DNA from: Hemiscyllium ocellatum
Taxonomy: Eukaryota
Assembly: GCF_020745735.1 (NCBI RefSeq)
Contig: NC_083444.1
Span: 7,694,338-7,758,337, forward strand
Direction of reading: 5' to 3'
DNA length: 64,000 bases
Shown: in pieces, positions 38,172-50,419 of the stretch
Numbering within the stretch: position 1 is the stretch's first letter
Layout: each line of letters begins with the position of its first letter
Program-made: the position numbers and the translations under genes
Notes under the pieces: generated by a model
Database searches by the model: none
The model's input: the letters and a program-made list of their open reading frames with translations, nothing else
Told to the model about the DNA's origin: nothing

Positions 38172-39210
38172 TCTTTTTCGGAATGGCAGCCGGTGACAAG
38201 CGGTGTCCCGCAGGGTTCAGTGTTGGGGCCGCAGCTGTTCACATTATATATTAATGATCTGGATGAAGGGACTGGGGGCATTCTAGCGAAGTTTGCCGAT
38301 GATACAAAGTTAGGTGGACAGGCAGGTAGTACTGAGGAAGTGGGGAGGCTGCAGAAGGATCTAGACAGTTTGGGAGAATAGTCCAGGAAATGGCTGATGG
38401 AATTCAACGTGAACAAATGCGAGGTCTTGCACTTTGAAAAAAAGAATAAAAGCATAGACTACTTTCTAAACAGTGAGAAAATTCATAAAGCCAAAGTACA
38501 AAGGGATCTGGGAGTACTAGTCGAGGATTCTCTAAAGGTAAACATGCAGGTTGAGTCCGTGATTAAGAAAGCAAATGCAATGTTGTCATTTATCTCAAGA
38601 GGGTTGAAATATAAAAGCACCCTTGTGCTACTGAGACTTTATAAAGCTCTGGTTAGGCCCCATTTGGAGTACTGTGTCCAGTTTTGGTCCCCACACCTCA
38701 GGAAGGATATACTGGCACTGGAACGTGTCCAGCGGAGAATCACACGGATGATCCCTGGAATGGTAGGTCTAACATATGAGGAACGGCTGAGGATCCTGGA
38801 ATTGTATTCATTGGAGTTTAGAAGATTAAGGGGAGACTTATTAGAAACTTACAAGATAATACATGGCTTGGAAAGGGTGGACGCTAGGGAATTTTTTCCG
38901 TTATGCGAGGAGACTAGGACCCGTGGACACAGCCTTAAAATTAGAGGGGGTCAATTCAGAACAGAAATGCGGAGACATTTCTTCAGCCAGAGGGTGGTGG
39001 GCCTGTGGAATTAATTGCCGCAGAGTGCAGCGGAGGCCGGGACGCTAAATGTCTTCAAGGCAGAGATTGATAGATTCTTGATGTCTCGAGGAATTAAGGG
39101 CTACGGGGAAAATGCGGATAAGTGGAGCTGAAATGTCCATCAGCCAAGATTGAATGGCGGAGTGGACTCGATGGGCCGAATGGCCTTACTTCCACTCCTA
39201 TGTCTTATGG
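38172..39210 (+). mobile_element. CR1-type LINE 3' fragment, second subfamily, relatively intact
   Basis: [21 protein letters not shown] and KFADDTK RT motifs; 205-aa ORF 38397-39014. Confidence 0.92.
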
Positions 39211-39951
39211 AAACCCACACAAGCACAGGGAGAATGTGCAAATTCCACACAGACAGTGACTCAAGGATGGAATCGAACCTGGATCCCCGGCACTGTGAGG
39301 CAGCAGTGCCACCCTACTATTTCACATTTTAATCTTTTTTTAAATTCATTCATCCATGGGATATGGATGTTATTGGCCAGGCCAGTATTTAGTGCCCATC
39401 TCTATTTAAATCAACTACACTGCTGTGGGGCTGGAAGTCACGTGTGGTCCAGGGTGAGTACAGCTGATTTCCTTCCTGAAACAGCATTCGTAAGTCAGAT
39501 GTTTCTTCAGTCAAATTTGGTAATGGTCATGGTTAGATTCTTAAATCCCAGATTTTTATTGAATTCAAATTCCACCATCTCCTGGTGGCAGGATTCAAAG
39601 CAGGTCCCCAGAGAATTACTTGGATTAGTAATTGGTGTGATAATGCCATTAGGCCATCACCTCCCCGTCTTCTGGTCTAACTCCTCATTGACTCGAGGGA
39701 AACCCCTTTGAGATTTTGAAGGCCCCAATTCAATGTCTATCTTGGTCTCCTCTCCTGTGAGTTTCCCCGAATCTTTCCAATGCTAGCAGACAGCAGCAAC
39801 AAAGCAAGAGTCAGTCGATCTCATTCTGCCTAGTCTAGGCTTTGCAAATCGCAACTATAGTCTCTACAGAATGTTCAAAAGGCTCATTCAATAGCCAAAC
39901 ATGATTCTCAAACATGACAGGATAAAGTGAGGTCTGCAGATGCTGGAGAGC

Positions 39952-40143
39952 AGAGCTGAAAATGTGTTGCTGGAAAAGCGCAGCAGGTCAGGCAGCATCC
40001 AAGGAACAGGAGATTCGACGTTTCGGGCATAAGCCCTTCTTCAGGAATTCCTGAAGAAGGGCTTATGCCCGAAATGTCGAATCTCCTGTTCCCTGGATGC
40101 TGCCTGACCTGCTGCGCTTTTCCAGCAACGCATTTTCAGCTCT
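39952..40143. repeat. Loopless 192-bp palindrome made of two inverted Penelope-type terminal repeats
   Basis: 96-bp arms centred on GAATTC (40045-40050), three mismatches counted by eye. Direct repeat CTCAAACATGAC at 39907-39918 and 40142-40153. Confidence 0.9.
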
Positions 40144-40434
40144 CAAACATGACACTCAAACATGATTCTCTGTCACGATAGCGTAGTGCAACTAATGGTG
40201 TCACTTCTAACCAGATGATAAAATATTGCTTAACTTTTAGCAAAAACGAAAGAGCTTCGCAGAATGTGAGCTTTCCACTGTTCATTGCGAACTGTTAAAG
40301 GCTGATGGTAAATTGACCATGGAGGTTTCTGAGGTTAAAATGTTGCTGTATTTTCCATTGTGATTTCAAATATGCTCCACTTCTTCAAACAGCTGAAGAA
40401 AGTCAGCATGCCTGCAAGGATTCTTACAGGTGCA

Positions 40435-40885
40435 CCAGAGGTTGCCTCCTGTCTGGATGCATCACAGCTTGGTATAGCGACTGCTCTGCCCAAGACCTGA
40501 AGAAATGACAGTCTTGTGGACCCAACCCAGTTCATCACACAAACCAGCCTCCCATCCATTGACTGCATCTACACTTCCCACTGCCTCGGAAAAGCAGCTA
40601 ACGTCATCAAAGACCCCTCCCACCCCGGTCATAATCTCTTCTACCCTCTTCCGTTGGGTAGAAGGCACAAAAGTTTGAAAACATGTACCAACAATGTTCT
40701 CCCCCGCTGTTATCAGACTTTTGAAAGCACCTCTCATATAGTAGAGTTGATCTTTGTCTCCCTGCAGCAGTATCATTGTATTCTTCATTCTATTACCCTG
40801 ACGTATTTGAGTAAGGTATGATTTGCCTGGTTAGCACCGTACTTTTCACTGTATCTCAGTACATCTGACAATCATAAATAAAATC
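40435..40885 (+). mobile_element. Rex1/Babar-type LINE 3' fragment
   Basis: ITQTSLPSIDCIYTSHCLGKAANVIKDPSHPGHNLFYPLPLGRR is characteristic of the Rex-Babar RT C-terminus. Related tail at ~35580-35770. Confidence 0.75.
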
Positions 40886-41419
40886 AGAATATCCAGCATT
40901 TACAGCTTTTTACAAAGAGAAATGCCTTTTTGCAGCTCTAATCTCTCAAAGTGCCGTTATGATTCCCTGCACCTCCAGCAGCACAGCCTCCCAATGCCAG
41001 CAGTTTTCACCATGGTGTTCCGGAGTCAGAATTGGGAGCATCTCCTCTCATTACAAACACAGCCCCCTCCCCCCTCACTTCCTGATACACAGCGGCTGGA
41101 CAGTGAGACACAAAAGATTTACATCTGCCACAACAGAGCTGCGTCCAAAAGTGATGAGAGAGACACAGTCAGAGAGATCTGATTGTTGTTTAGAAATGGG
41201 GAAGGATCATAAATGCAAAAATGTGATCAAACAATTCGAGTATTTGCGTGAGTGCGTGATCGTGTATGTCAGGGTGTGAATCTATGTGGAGTAAGTGAGG
41301 TCTGCAGATGCTGGAGATCAGAGCTGAAAATGTGTTGCTGGAAAAGCGCAGCAGGTCAGGCAGCATCCAATGAACAGGAAATTCAACGTTTCGGGCATAA
41401 GCCATTCATCAGCCATTCA

Positions 41420-41872
41420 TCTATGTGTCCGTCTGAGTGTGTGTATGAATATGTGCATGAGTGTGTGTGTGAATGCGTGATTGTATATGTCTGGGTGTGA
41501 ATCTATGTGTTGGTGTGAATGTGTGTATAAATATGTGTATGAGTGTGTGTGTGTGTATGAATATGTGCATGAGTGTGTGTGTGTGTGTGTGTGTGTGAGT
41601 GTGTGATTGTGTGTGTCTGGGTGTGAATCTATGTGTCCGTGTGAGTGTGTGTATGAATATGTGCATGAGTGTGTGTGCGTGCGTGTGTGTGTGTGTGTGT
41701 GTGATTGTGTATGTCTGGGTGTGAATCTATGTGTCTGTGTGAGTGTGTGTATGAATATGTGCTTGAGTGTGTGTGTGTATGTGTGTGTGTGTCCGTGTGT
41801 GTGAGTGCGTGATAGTGTATGCCTGGGTGTGAATCTATGTGTCTGTGTGAGCGTGTGTATGAATATGTGCAT

Positions 41873-41914
<42 letters not shown>

Positions 41915-41915
41915 A

Positions 41916-41949
<34 letters not shown>

Positions 41950-42012
41950 ATTGTGTATGTCTGGGTGTGAATCTATGTGTCCGTGTGAGTGTGTGTATGA
42001 ATATGTGCATGA

Positions 42013-42043
<31 letters not shown>

Positions 42044-43255
42044 ATTGTGTATGTCTGCATGTGAATCTATGTATGAATATGTGCATGAGTGTGTCTGTGT
42101 TTGTGTGTGTGTGAAAGTGTATGCCTTGGTGTGAATCTATGTGTCCGTGTGAGTGTGTGTATGAATATGTGCATGAGTGTGCGTGTGTGTGTGTGTGCGC
42201 GTGATTGCGTATGTCTGGGTGTGAATCTATGTGTCTGTGTGAGTGTGTGTATGAATATGTGCATGAGTGTGTGTGTGTGTGTGTATGTGTGATTGTGTAT
42301 GTCTGGGTGTGAATCTATGTGTCCGTGTGAGTGTGAAAGTGTATGTGTGCACATGGGTGTATGAATATGTGCATGAGTGTGTGTGTGTATGTGTGTGTGT
42401 GTGTGTGTGTGTGCGTGATTGTGTATGTCTGCGTGTGAATCTATGTATGAATATGTGCATGAGAGTGTGTGTGTGTGTGTGTGTGTGAAAGTGTATGTCT
42501 TGGTGTGAATCTATGTGTCCGTGTGAATGTGTGTATGAATATGTGCATGAGTGTGTGTGTGTGTGAAGGTGTATGTCTGGGTGTGAATATATGTGTCCGT
42601 GTGAGTGTGTGTATGAATATGTGCATGAGTGTGTGTGTGTGTGTGTGTCTGAGTGTGTATGTGTGAATGTGTGTGTGTGTGTGATTGTGTATGTCTGGGT
42701 ATGAATCTATGTGTCCATGCGAGTGTGTGTATGAATATGTGCATGAGTGTGCGTGTGAGTGTGTGTATGAATATGTGCATGAGTGTGTGTGAGTGTGTGT
42801 GAGTATTTGTGTGTATGTGTGAGCATGCGTGTGTGAGTGTGTGCATGCATGTGTGTGAGAGTATGTGTGTGAAAGTGTATGTGTGCACATGGGTGTGACA
42901 ATGTGTGTGCATACATATAAGTGTGTTTGTGTGAGAGAGTGCGTGAATGTGTGTGTGTGTGAGTCTGTGTGTGTGTCAATGTGCATGTGTGTGTGTTCAT
43001 GCATGTGTGTGAGAGAGTGTGTGTTTGAATATGTGTGTGTTTGTATGTGTGAGTGTGTGTGAGAATGTGTTTGTGTGAGTGTGTGACAATGTGTGTGTGA
43101 GCATGTGTGTTGGTATGTGTGTGTGTGCGCACGCATGTGTGAGTTTGAGTGTGTGCATGCGTGCATGTGTGTGAGTGAGTGTGTGCGTGTGTGAGTGCGT
43201 GCATGCATGTGTATGAGTGTGTGTGTTTGCATGTGTGTGAGTGTGTGTGTGTGTG
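41420..43255. repeat. GT-rich higher-order tandem repeat
   Basis: Recurrent gtatgaatatgtgcatgagt-(GT)n-gattgtgtatgtctgggtgtgaatctatgtgtccgtgtgagt units that decay to plain (GT)n at the right end. Confidence 0.9.
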
Positions 43256-43679
43256 CAGTTCATGTGGTTACGCAGCTCAGAAAGCAACTCCAATTTATCT
43301 CTGCTCAATGGAAATTATCAGCACTGTTTGCAAAAGGGGCATTTCAACTTCTTTCCTAATCAGTTTCACAAACAAGAAACACTCAGAGTTTAGATTAGAG
43401 TGGCGCTGAAAAAGCACAACAGGTCAGGCAGCATCCGAGGAATAGGCCTGAGCATAAACATCCCATCCCATCCAGCATCCTCACCCTCCCCCACTGATCT
43501 ATGTCCAGGGAGAAACACTCATTGACCCCATTTTCAGGACATTCTGAAGCAGTTACACCAGTATCCCGGGATACTGGGGGCTATCAAATAACATAGCAAC
43601 ATATTTCCCGGTCCAGCCCAACTGATAGACTCAGCAGGCTATTTAAACATAGGCTCAGTAACATTGGAGGATATTACAT

Positions 43680-44720
43680 GTAAAAATTCCCAAACTAATC
43701 CCACTGCACCATTCTTGTCCCATAGCTCTGTATCAATCCTAAACTAATCTCCCCTACCCCGTACTCTTCCACAGCCCTGTATCAATCCCCAAATATCCAA
43801 CTATCCAACACTCTCCTGTAGCCCTGCATCAATTCCAAACTAATCCCATTGTGCAGAGTTCTCTCATATCCCTGTATCAATCCCCAACTGTCCTGCTCTC
43901 ACCCCACATCACTGCATCTGTCCAAATGAATTCTACTGCCCCACTTTCTCCCTATAGTCCTGTACCAATCACCAAGCTAATCCCACTGCCACACTTTCTC
44001 CCCACATCCCTGCATTAATCCTAAATTAATCCCACTGCCCCGCAATCTCCCCATATTTCTGCATCAATCCAAAATTAATCCCATGGCCCCTCTCTCTACT
44101 CACATTGCTGTATCTATCCCAAATTAATTCCAATGCCCTGCTCTTGCCCCATAGTCCTGTAGGAATCCCCAAACTAATCCCACTGCCCCACAGTCTCCCC
44201 ACATCTCTGTATCAATCCCAGATTAATCCCACTGCCCAATTCTCTCCGCACACCCCTGCACTTATCCCAAAATAATCCCACTGCCCCACAATCCCTCTGC
44301 ATCTCTGCATTTATCCCAAATTAATCCCACTCCCCACACTCTCCCTACATCTCTGGAGCAATCCCAAATTAAACCCACTGCCCCGCTCTCTCCCATAGTC
44401 CTGCATCAAACCCAAATTAATCCCACTGCCCGGCTTCCTCCCCACATCCCTGCATAAATCCCAAATTAATCCCACTGCCCTGCCCTCTCCCCACATCTCT
44501 GCACCTGCCCCAAATTAATCCATCTGCCCCGCTCCCTCTCAACATCTATGTTACAATCCCAAATTAATCCTACTACCCAGATCTCTCCCCACATCCCTGC
44601 ACCTATCTCAAATTAAACCCACTGCCCCCCACTCTCTCCCATAGTCCTGCATCAATCCCACTGCCCGGCTTCTTCCTCAGATTCCTGCACCTGTCCCAAA
44701 TTAATCCCACTGCCCCGCTC
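43680..44720. repeat. ~52-bp minisatellite directly upstream of the gene 3 promoter
   Basis: About 20 degenerate units of aaattaatcccactgccc...ctccccacatc. Confidence 0.85.
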
Positions 44721-44830
44721 TCTCACCCCTAATCCCTGGTGCCATTTCCAGAAGCCACCGTCCCCGTTCTATCACTCTCCCAGCTGGTATTTTCCACATC
44801 GCAGGCGAATAGCCACGTTTTGCTCCGTGT

Positions 44831-45063
44831 GGGGATTTTTGTTTGTCCACTCGGTCTGCCTCATTTACAAACTGCCTGACAGAGCACACTCAGACTTGTC
44901 TGGTTTCCTTTGCAAACCACAAGCATTCGTGTTGGTGTGAGTCATCGGGTTTGAGATTTCCCGTTTTGCTACGCAGCCAATGACAAGGTTCCTCATATAA
45001 ACACGCAGGACTCAGCATAGAATAGCCTCCGGCAGCAAAAGGTCCACTCAATTTTGACAACAG
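44831..45063 (+). promoter_or_regulatory. Putative promoter and short non-coding exon 1 of the B7-like gene
   Basis: TATAAA 44996-45001; AGCCAATGA (NF-Y box) around 44975-44983; TGAGTCA (AP-1) 44938-44944; AACCACA (RUNX) 44915-44921; kB-like GAGATTTCCC 44953-44962 and GGGGATTTTT 44831-44840; donor CAG|GTCGGT at 45064. Confidence 0.55.
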
Positions 45064-45284
45064 GTCGGTATTGAATGTTGCTTTGCAATCGGCTCCAGTA
45101 CCCTCCCTCCTTGACCCACTCTTCAGAGGAAGCCCTGTTTCTCCCTGCTTGATGTAAGTATGATTTTAGTTAATTTGGGATCTGTTTCTGAAATTGACTC
45201 CAATCGTTCCCAGGCTGAAAGAGTGAGAGGGAGAGGAAAAGAGAGAGAGAGAGAGTGGCCTGATCTAGAATTGAAACAAGGGGA

Positions 45285-45720
45285 GAATAGGGAGAAGCTG
45301 AACAGGCTGACGGCTGTTTTCCCTGGACCGTCAGACACTGAGGGGTGACCTTATAGAGGTTTATAAAATCATGAGGGGATATGAATAGGGTAAATAGAAG
45401 GTCTTTTCCCTGGGGTGGAGGAGTTCAGAATTAGAGGGCATAGGTTTAGGGTGAGGGGGAAAGCTATAAAAGGGTCAAAATGGGCAACTTTTTCACACAG
45501 AAAGTGATGCGGTAATGGAATGAGATGCCAGAGGAAGAGGTGGAGGCTGGTACAATTACAGCATTTAAAAGGCATCTGGATGGGTATATGAATTGGAAGG
45601 GTTTAGAGGGATATAGCCCAAATGCTGGCAAATGGGACTAGATTAGGTTAGGGTATCTGGTCAGCACGGACGAGTTGGGCCAAAGGGTCTGTTTCCGTGC
45701 TGTACGTATCTATGACTCTG
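45285..45720 (+). mobile_element. CR1 3' end
   Basis: Typical CR1 3' sequence and tail ending ctatgactct. Confidence 0.8.
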
Positions 45721-48029
45721 AGAGAACGGGACAGTGGACTTCATTTCTGTTGTAACGCCTTCCCAGCTCCTTCAATCCCCCACATAGCGTTGCTCCCCAA
45801 TACTGGGCCCCTGGGGGGTGTCTTAACTCTGGTCTAGCCTGGGGTGTGGGGAAGTGATTTGATTCACAGGGGCGAGCGATTATGTAGCACTGTCCCCCAC
45901 CCCAGAGTAGCCCCATGAAGTACTTGGAACAGGGAGGGTGGGACATGGGCTGAGGGTTGTAGCTAATCGGTCACCAGTACCCATCATCTCACCTTTGCTC
46001 CAGATGTCCCTTCAAATCTAGCTGGGAACTACCAACCTCATGGTTTAGAATTAACAACTACTCTGGTATCACTGGCACCGAGATGCATGCCACTTCCCCC
46101 TGTCTGGGTGAGGCCATTGAGCACAGTCCACAGAGATGCCTTGCTCTGAGAGAATTGCTTCTGTATCATTCAATAGGCCTCACAGCCCACTCCCATGGGG
46201 CCAAGTGAGGATGAAGGGCCAGCACAGGGCTCAGTGTTGGAGAGTTTCCCACTGTCCCTAAAGGGAGTCTGGCTTGATTGTCTTTACCCACCTCTCTCAG
46301 CCATTCACCAGTTTGCTTGATTCTGTGCTCTGAGCAGCATTAAACATGCATTTGCATAGCACCCTTTGACCAGATTTTTAAACAACAGGCCAGTTCATGT
46401 GCTCTGCGGGAGGCTGGCGCTGCAGAGATTTATTTTGCCTTCACTCGTGGGCATCACTGGCTGAGTGGGCCTGGCCTTTCTCACCCTGTCCCTAATTGCC
46501 CCTCCAGTCGGTGGGGGAGGGCAGCCTTCTTGAACCGCTGCAGTCCACATGTGATAGGTTGACCCACAATGCCCTTAGGCAGGGAATTCCAGTAACTTGA
46601 CCCAGTGGCACTACGGGAGTGACCAATGTATTTCCAAGTCAGAATAGTGAGGGGTTTAGAGGGGAACTTGCAGGGGGTGGTGTTCCTATATATGGAAGTG
46701 GTCGTGGCGTTGGAAGGTGTTGTCTGGGGACCTTTGCTCCTCAGAATCCAAGGATCAAGGAAGTTGATAGCATGGGTTGTGAGGAGTTTGGAAATACTAA
46801 CCGGTGACAGACAGCTTAGCCAAAAAGTTTAGTTTTGAAGATTGTATTCAAGGAAGCAGAAATAGAGAAGCTTAGGATAGTGAACTCCAGGACTAGGCAC
46901 TGCAGATGAAGCCTAATGTGTCTGGCAGAGAAGCTGAGACACACATTCATGCAGCGAGACTCAACCAGTCATTTACAAAGGATGACCAAATCCCTCCCCC
47001 AACCTGCTTTCGGAGATACCTTCAGTGCCAACCAGTCCTGAGGAGTCATTACACACCTCTGGAGTAGGGATTGGGGGAGCGTGAACCCAGGTCTTTCAGC
47101 CCAGAGATAAGGACACTATCACTGTGCCACAACAGCACTAATCTCTAGTTTAGGCCATAAGGTAGAGGAGCAAAATTAGACCATTCAGCCCATTGAGTCT
47201 GCTCTGCCGTTCGATCATGGCAGATATGTTTCTCAACCCCATTCTTCTGCCTTGTCTCCATAACCCCTGACCCGCTTTCTAATCAAGAACTTCACTTTGG
47301 CTTCAAGACACTCAGTGACTTGGCCTCCACAGCCCCCTGTGGCCATGAGTTCCACAGAGCCACCACCCTCTGGCTGAAGAAATTCCTCCCCATCTCAGTC
47401 CACCCCTTTACCCTGAGGCTGTGCCCTCAGTTCCTAGTCACTCTGACCGGTGGAAATGCCTTCTCCATACACACTCTATCCAGGCCTCTTGGAATTCTGT
47501 ACGTTTCAAACAGATCCCACCCACCCTCATCCTTGTAATCTCCACCCAGAGCCCTCAACCACTCCACTTGACAAACCCTTCATCCCGGGGATTATTCTTG
47601 TGAATCTCGTCTGGACAACATGGCAAAGTACAAAGAACAATACAGCACAGGAACGGGCCCTTTAGCATTCCAAGCCTGCGCCGATACATTCATCCCATCA
47701 GTAATGATAAGATCCCATATTCAGTTAATCTGCATGACATATCTTGGAGCATTTGCATTCTGGAGCATTGCGAAAGAGCCATTGATTTTTTTGGTTGACA
47801 TTCTGTTTGGAAATTGAGCTTTCTGTTTGCATTACTGACTCGTGATTCACTTTTTCAGGAAAGGGTCATATCAAAACTGTGAACAAACAGATTGTGATAC
47901 TGTACAACTTCCTGAGATCAAACAGCGTACTGGTTTCTGTGGTTTCACTGTGGACCAGCATTGACTTACACTGCACTGACAAATATATCTCTGACTCCGG
48001 ACCCAGACCTGTCTCCTGTGATTAAAGAA

Positions 48030-48090
48030 ATGACCACCGTGCATTTCGGATTGATGCTCGGCCTTCTCTTGGTCGGAGACTCCTTACCAG
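48030..48090 (+). CDS. Signal-peptide exon of B7/BTN-like gene (gene 3)
   Basis: MTTVHFGLMLGLLLVGDSLP with phase-1 donor G|gtaaga. Strong upstream acceptor ctttttcag at 47858, with no ATG seen between it and 48030. Confidence 0.82.
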
Positions 48091-48169
48091 GTAAGATAGA
48101 TGGCTGCCTTTCCCACCCTCTTCCCCCTTGCACAAAGACATTTCAGGGAATGTTCCTGCTCCCTGTGAG

Positions 48170-48720
48170 TGTGCAAGTGGACAGCTTTACTCTGTATCTG
48201 GCCCTGTGCTGTCCCTGTTCCTGGGAGTGTTTGATAGGAGTCAATGTAGAGAGAGCTTTACTCTGTATCTGTCACCGTGCTGTCCCTGTTCTGGGAAGTG
48301 TTTGATGGGGGACAGTGTAGAGGGAGCTTTACTCTGTATCTAACCCCGTGCTGTCCCTGTCCTGGGAGTGTTTGATCAGGGACAGTGTAGAAGGAGCTTT
48401 ACTCTGTATCTAACCCCGTGCTGTCCCTGTCCTGGGAGAGTTTGATGGGGAACAGTGTAGAGGGAGCTTTACTCTGTATCTAACCCCGTGCTGTCCCTGT
48501 CCTGGGAGAGTCTGATGGGGGACAGTGTAGAGGGAGTTTTTCTCTGTATCTAACCCTGTACTGTCCCTGTTCCTGGGAGTGTTTGATGGGAGTCAATGTA
48601 GAGGGAGCTTTACTCTGTGTCTGTCACCGTGCTGTCCTGTCCTGGGGAGTGTTTGATCAGGGACAGTGTAGAGGGAGCTTTACTCTGTATCTAACCTCCT
48701 GCTGTCCCTGTCCTGGGAGT
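48170..48720 (+). repeat. ~66-bp minisatellite, same family as 12600-13510
   Basis: About eight tandem units between the leader and V exons of gene 3. Confidence 0.9.
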
Positions 48721-49058
48721 GAAAGGCCGATGGAGAAACAACGTGAAGGTAGAGTCGGACGGAATTGATAAAAGTGAGACCAAGTTGGATAGAAACCCCG
48801 AGCGAGAGTTAGACACGGTGACAGATAGATTAGTAAGCAGTCTGACATGGGTTAAGGTAAAACTAAAGTCATCTCAGTCCCAGATGACCAAAGTCCTGCT
48901 CTATCATTGGAGAGAAACAATTGCTGATGGATTTACTCTGACGGTCGGCATGTCTCATGCAAAGGCTGAGGTTGAGAAGGTGGGGCTTTCATAGTGTGGA
49001 GTTATACTGAGGGTAGTGCACCCTTAATATTGACTGAATTTATCCCTTTCCTTTGCAG

Positions 49059-49418
49059 AGGCCATACAATGTGAAAAAAATGTAAAGCCCGTGACAGCTA
49101 TGCAGGGAAGCACGGTTTATTTGCCATGTTCCTTTAGGTCCGAGGCACAGCCTGATAAGCTGTTGGTGTCCTGGCAAAAGGCACATCGGGACTACCCCTT
49201 GATCGTGCATGCAGAGAGGCGAGGGGGTGAGATGCAGGGACAGCAGGACAACAGCTTTAAAGGCCGCACGGCTCTCCCTCCTTACTGGTATCAAACGGGG
49301 AGCGCGACTCTGCAGCTCCAAGGGCTGAGGAGCACCGATTCTGGGAACTATACCTGTTACGTGAGAGCAGAGCAACGTTCCACCATCTGTGCCTCGCTGC
49401 GGCTCACTGTGAACTCAG
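49059..49418 (+). CDS. Ig V-set exon, B7 family/butyrophilin type (B7-H4/HHLA2/BTN-like)
   Basis: Acceptor ccctttcctttgcag; 360 nt, phase 1-1; donor G|gtaagc. EAIQCEKNVKPVTAMQGSTVYLPCSFRSEAQPDKLLVSWQKAHRDYPLIVHAERRGGEMQGQQDNSFKGRTALPPYWYQTGSATLQLQGLRSTDSGNYTCYVRAEQRSTICASLRLTVNS. The VH...Q..F.GRT.L and A.L.L......D.G.YTCYV patterns are typical of B7/BTN V domains. Confidence 0.93.
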
Positions 49419-50347
49419 GTAAGCAGGATTCTGATTCTGTTGCAACGTATAAGTCCTTACCCCCAACCTCAGAGCACCCTTCAATAGGACTCTTTGCTGA
49501 AATACAGTCACTGTTTCTTTCCTTAATTCATGGAGTGAGGGTGTCGCTGGCTAGGTGAGCATTTATTGCTGTGAAGGGTGAAGCAGATTGCTATGGGTCT
49601 GGACATGTAAGCTGGACCAGACAAGGATAGCAGTTTCCTTCTCTAAAGGACACAAGTGAACCAGATGTTTTTTATCCTCCCAAAAGGTGACAGTGGATTC
49701 ATGGTCATCACTAGATTCTTTATTGGATTCTAATTCCTCTATCTGCCATGGCAGGATTTGAACTCAGTTCCCCGGAACACTATCTGCGGCTCTGGATTAA
49801 CAGTCCAGCGACAATATCATGACCTGTCGCCTCTTCTTTTTGACATGGGAAATCCAGCAGGTGACCGGTTCATGGGAAGATCCCACAGGCAATGGTCTGA
49901 TGGTCCAGATTGCATTTATTTTTAATAAGAGACGTGAGGTTTAGTGTTGGAGACCAGTTCTCTATTTAATATTCATGCGTGAAAGAGGTCAGAGAGGAAA
50001 GTGAAGGTTTTGCATGAAGCTCCATAGTGTCCTGACCACTTTCACTGAGGTTAGCATTCTTAGAATCCCTACAGTGTGGAAACAGGCCATTCGGTCCATA
50101 CCGACCCACCCGGACCTTCAATTACTCTACATTTCCCTTGACTAATGCACCCAACACTATGGGCAATTTAGCATGGCCAATCCACCTAACCTAACCTACA
50201 AATCTTTGAATTGTTGGAGGAAACCCAAGCACCCGGAGGAAAGCCAGGCAGACACGGGGAGAACGTGCAAACTCCACGCAGACAGTTGCCTGAGGCTAAC
50301 AACTATGCCACGCACAAATTAAACAGGTGTCAGGACAAAACAAGTTG

Positions 50348-50419
50348 AGGTTCCACCGAGATTCAAACTCGGATCGTTGGATTCATAGTTCTGAATGCTA
50401 GTCATTACACCAACGAACT
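50348..50419 (-). pseudogene. tRNA-Gln-derived pseudogene
   Basis: Reverse complement AGTTCGTTGGTGTAATGACTAGCATTCAGAACTATGAATCCAACGATCCGAGTTTGAATCTCGGTGGAACCT is colinear (72 nt) with vertebrate tRNA-Gln. Acceptor stem is broken, anticodon reads ATG, and a TTTT run lies downstream. Confidence 0.85.

Noticed and set aside
40936-41180. Possible degenerate V exon (SAVMIPC...W, then IYIC in another frame)
   Set aside because: Needs a frameshift, the Cys-Cys spacing is only ~52 codons, the DxxxYxC pattern is wrong, and no leader was found.
41417-43308. His/Thr- and Val/Cys-rich ORFs
   Set aside because: Translations of GT/CA repeats.
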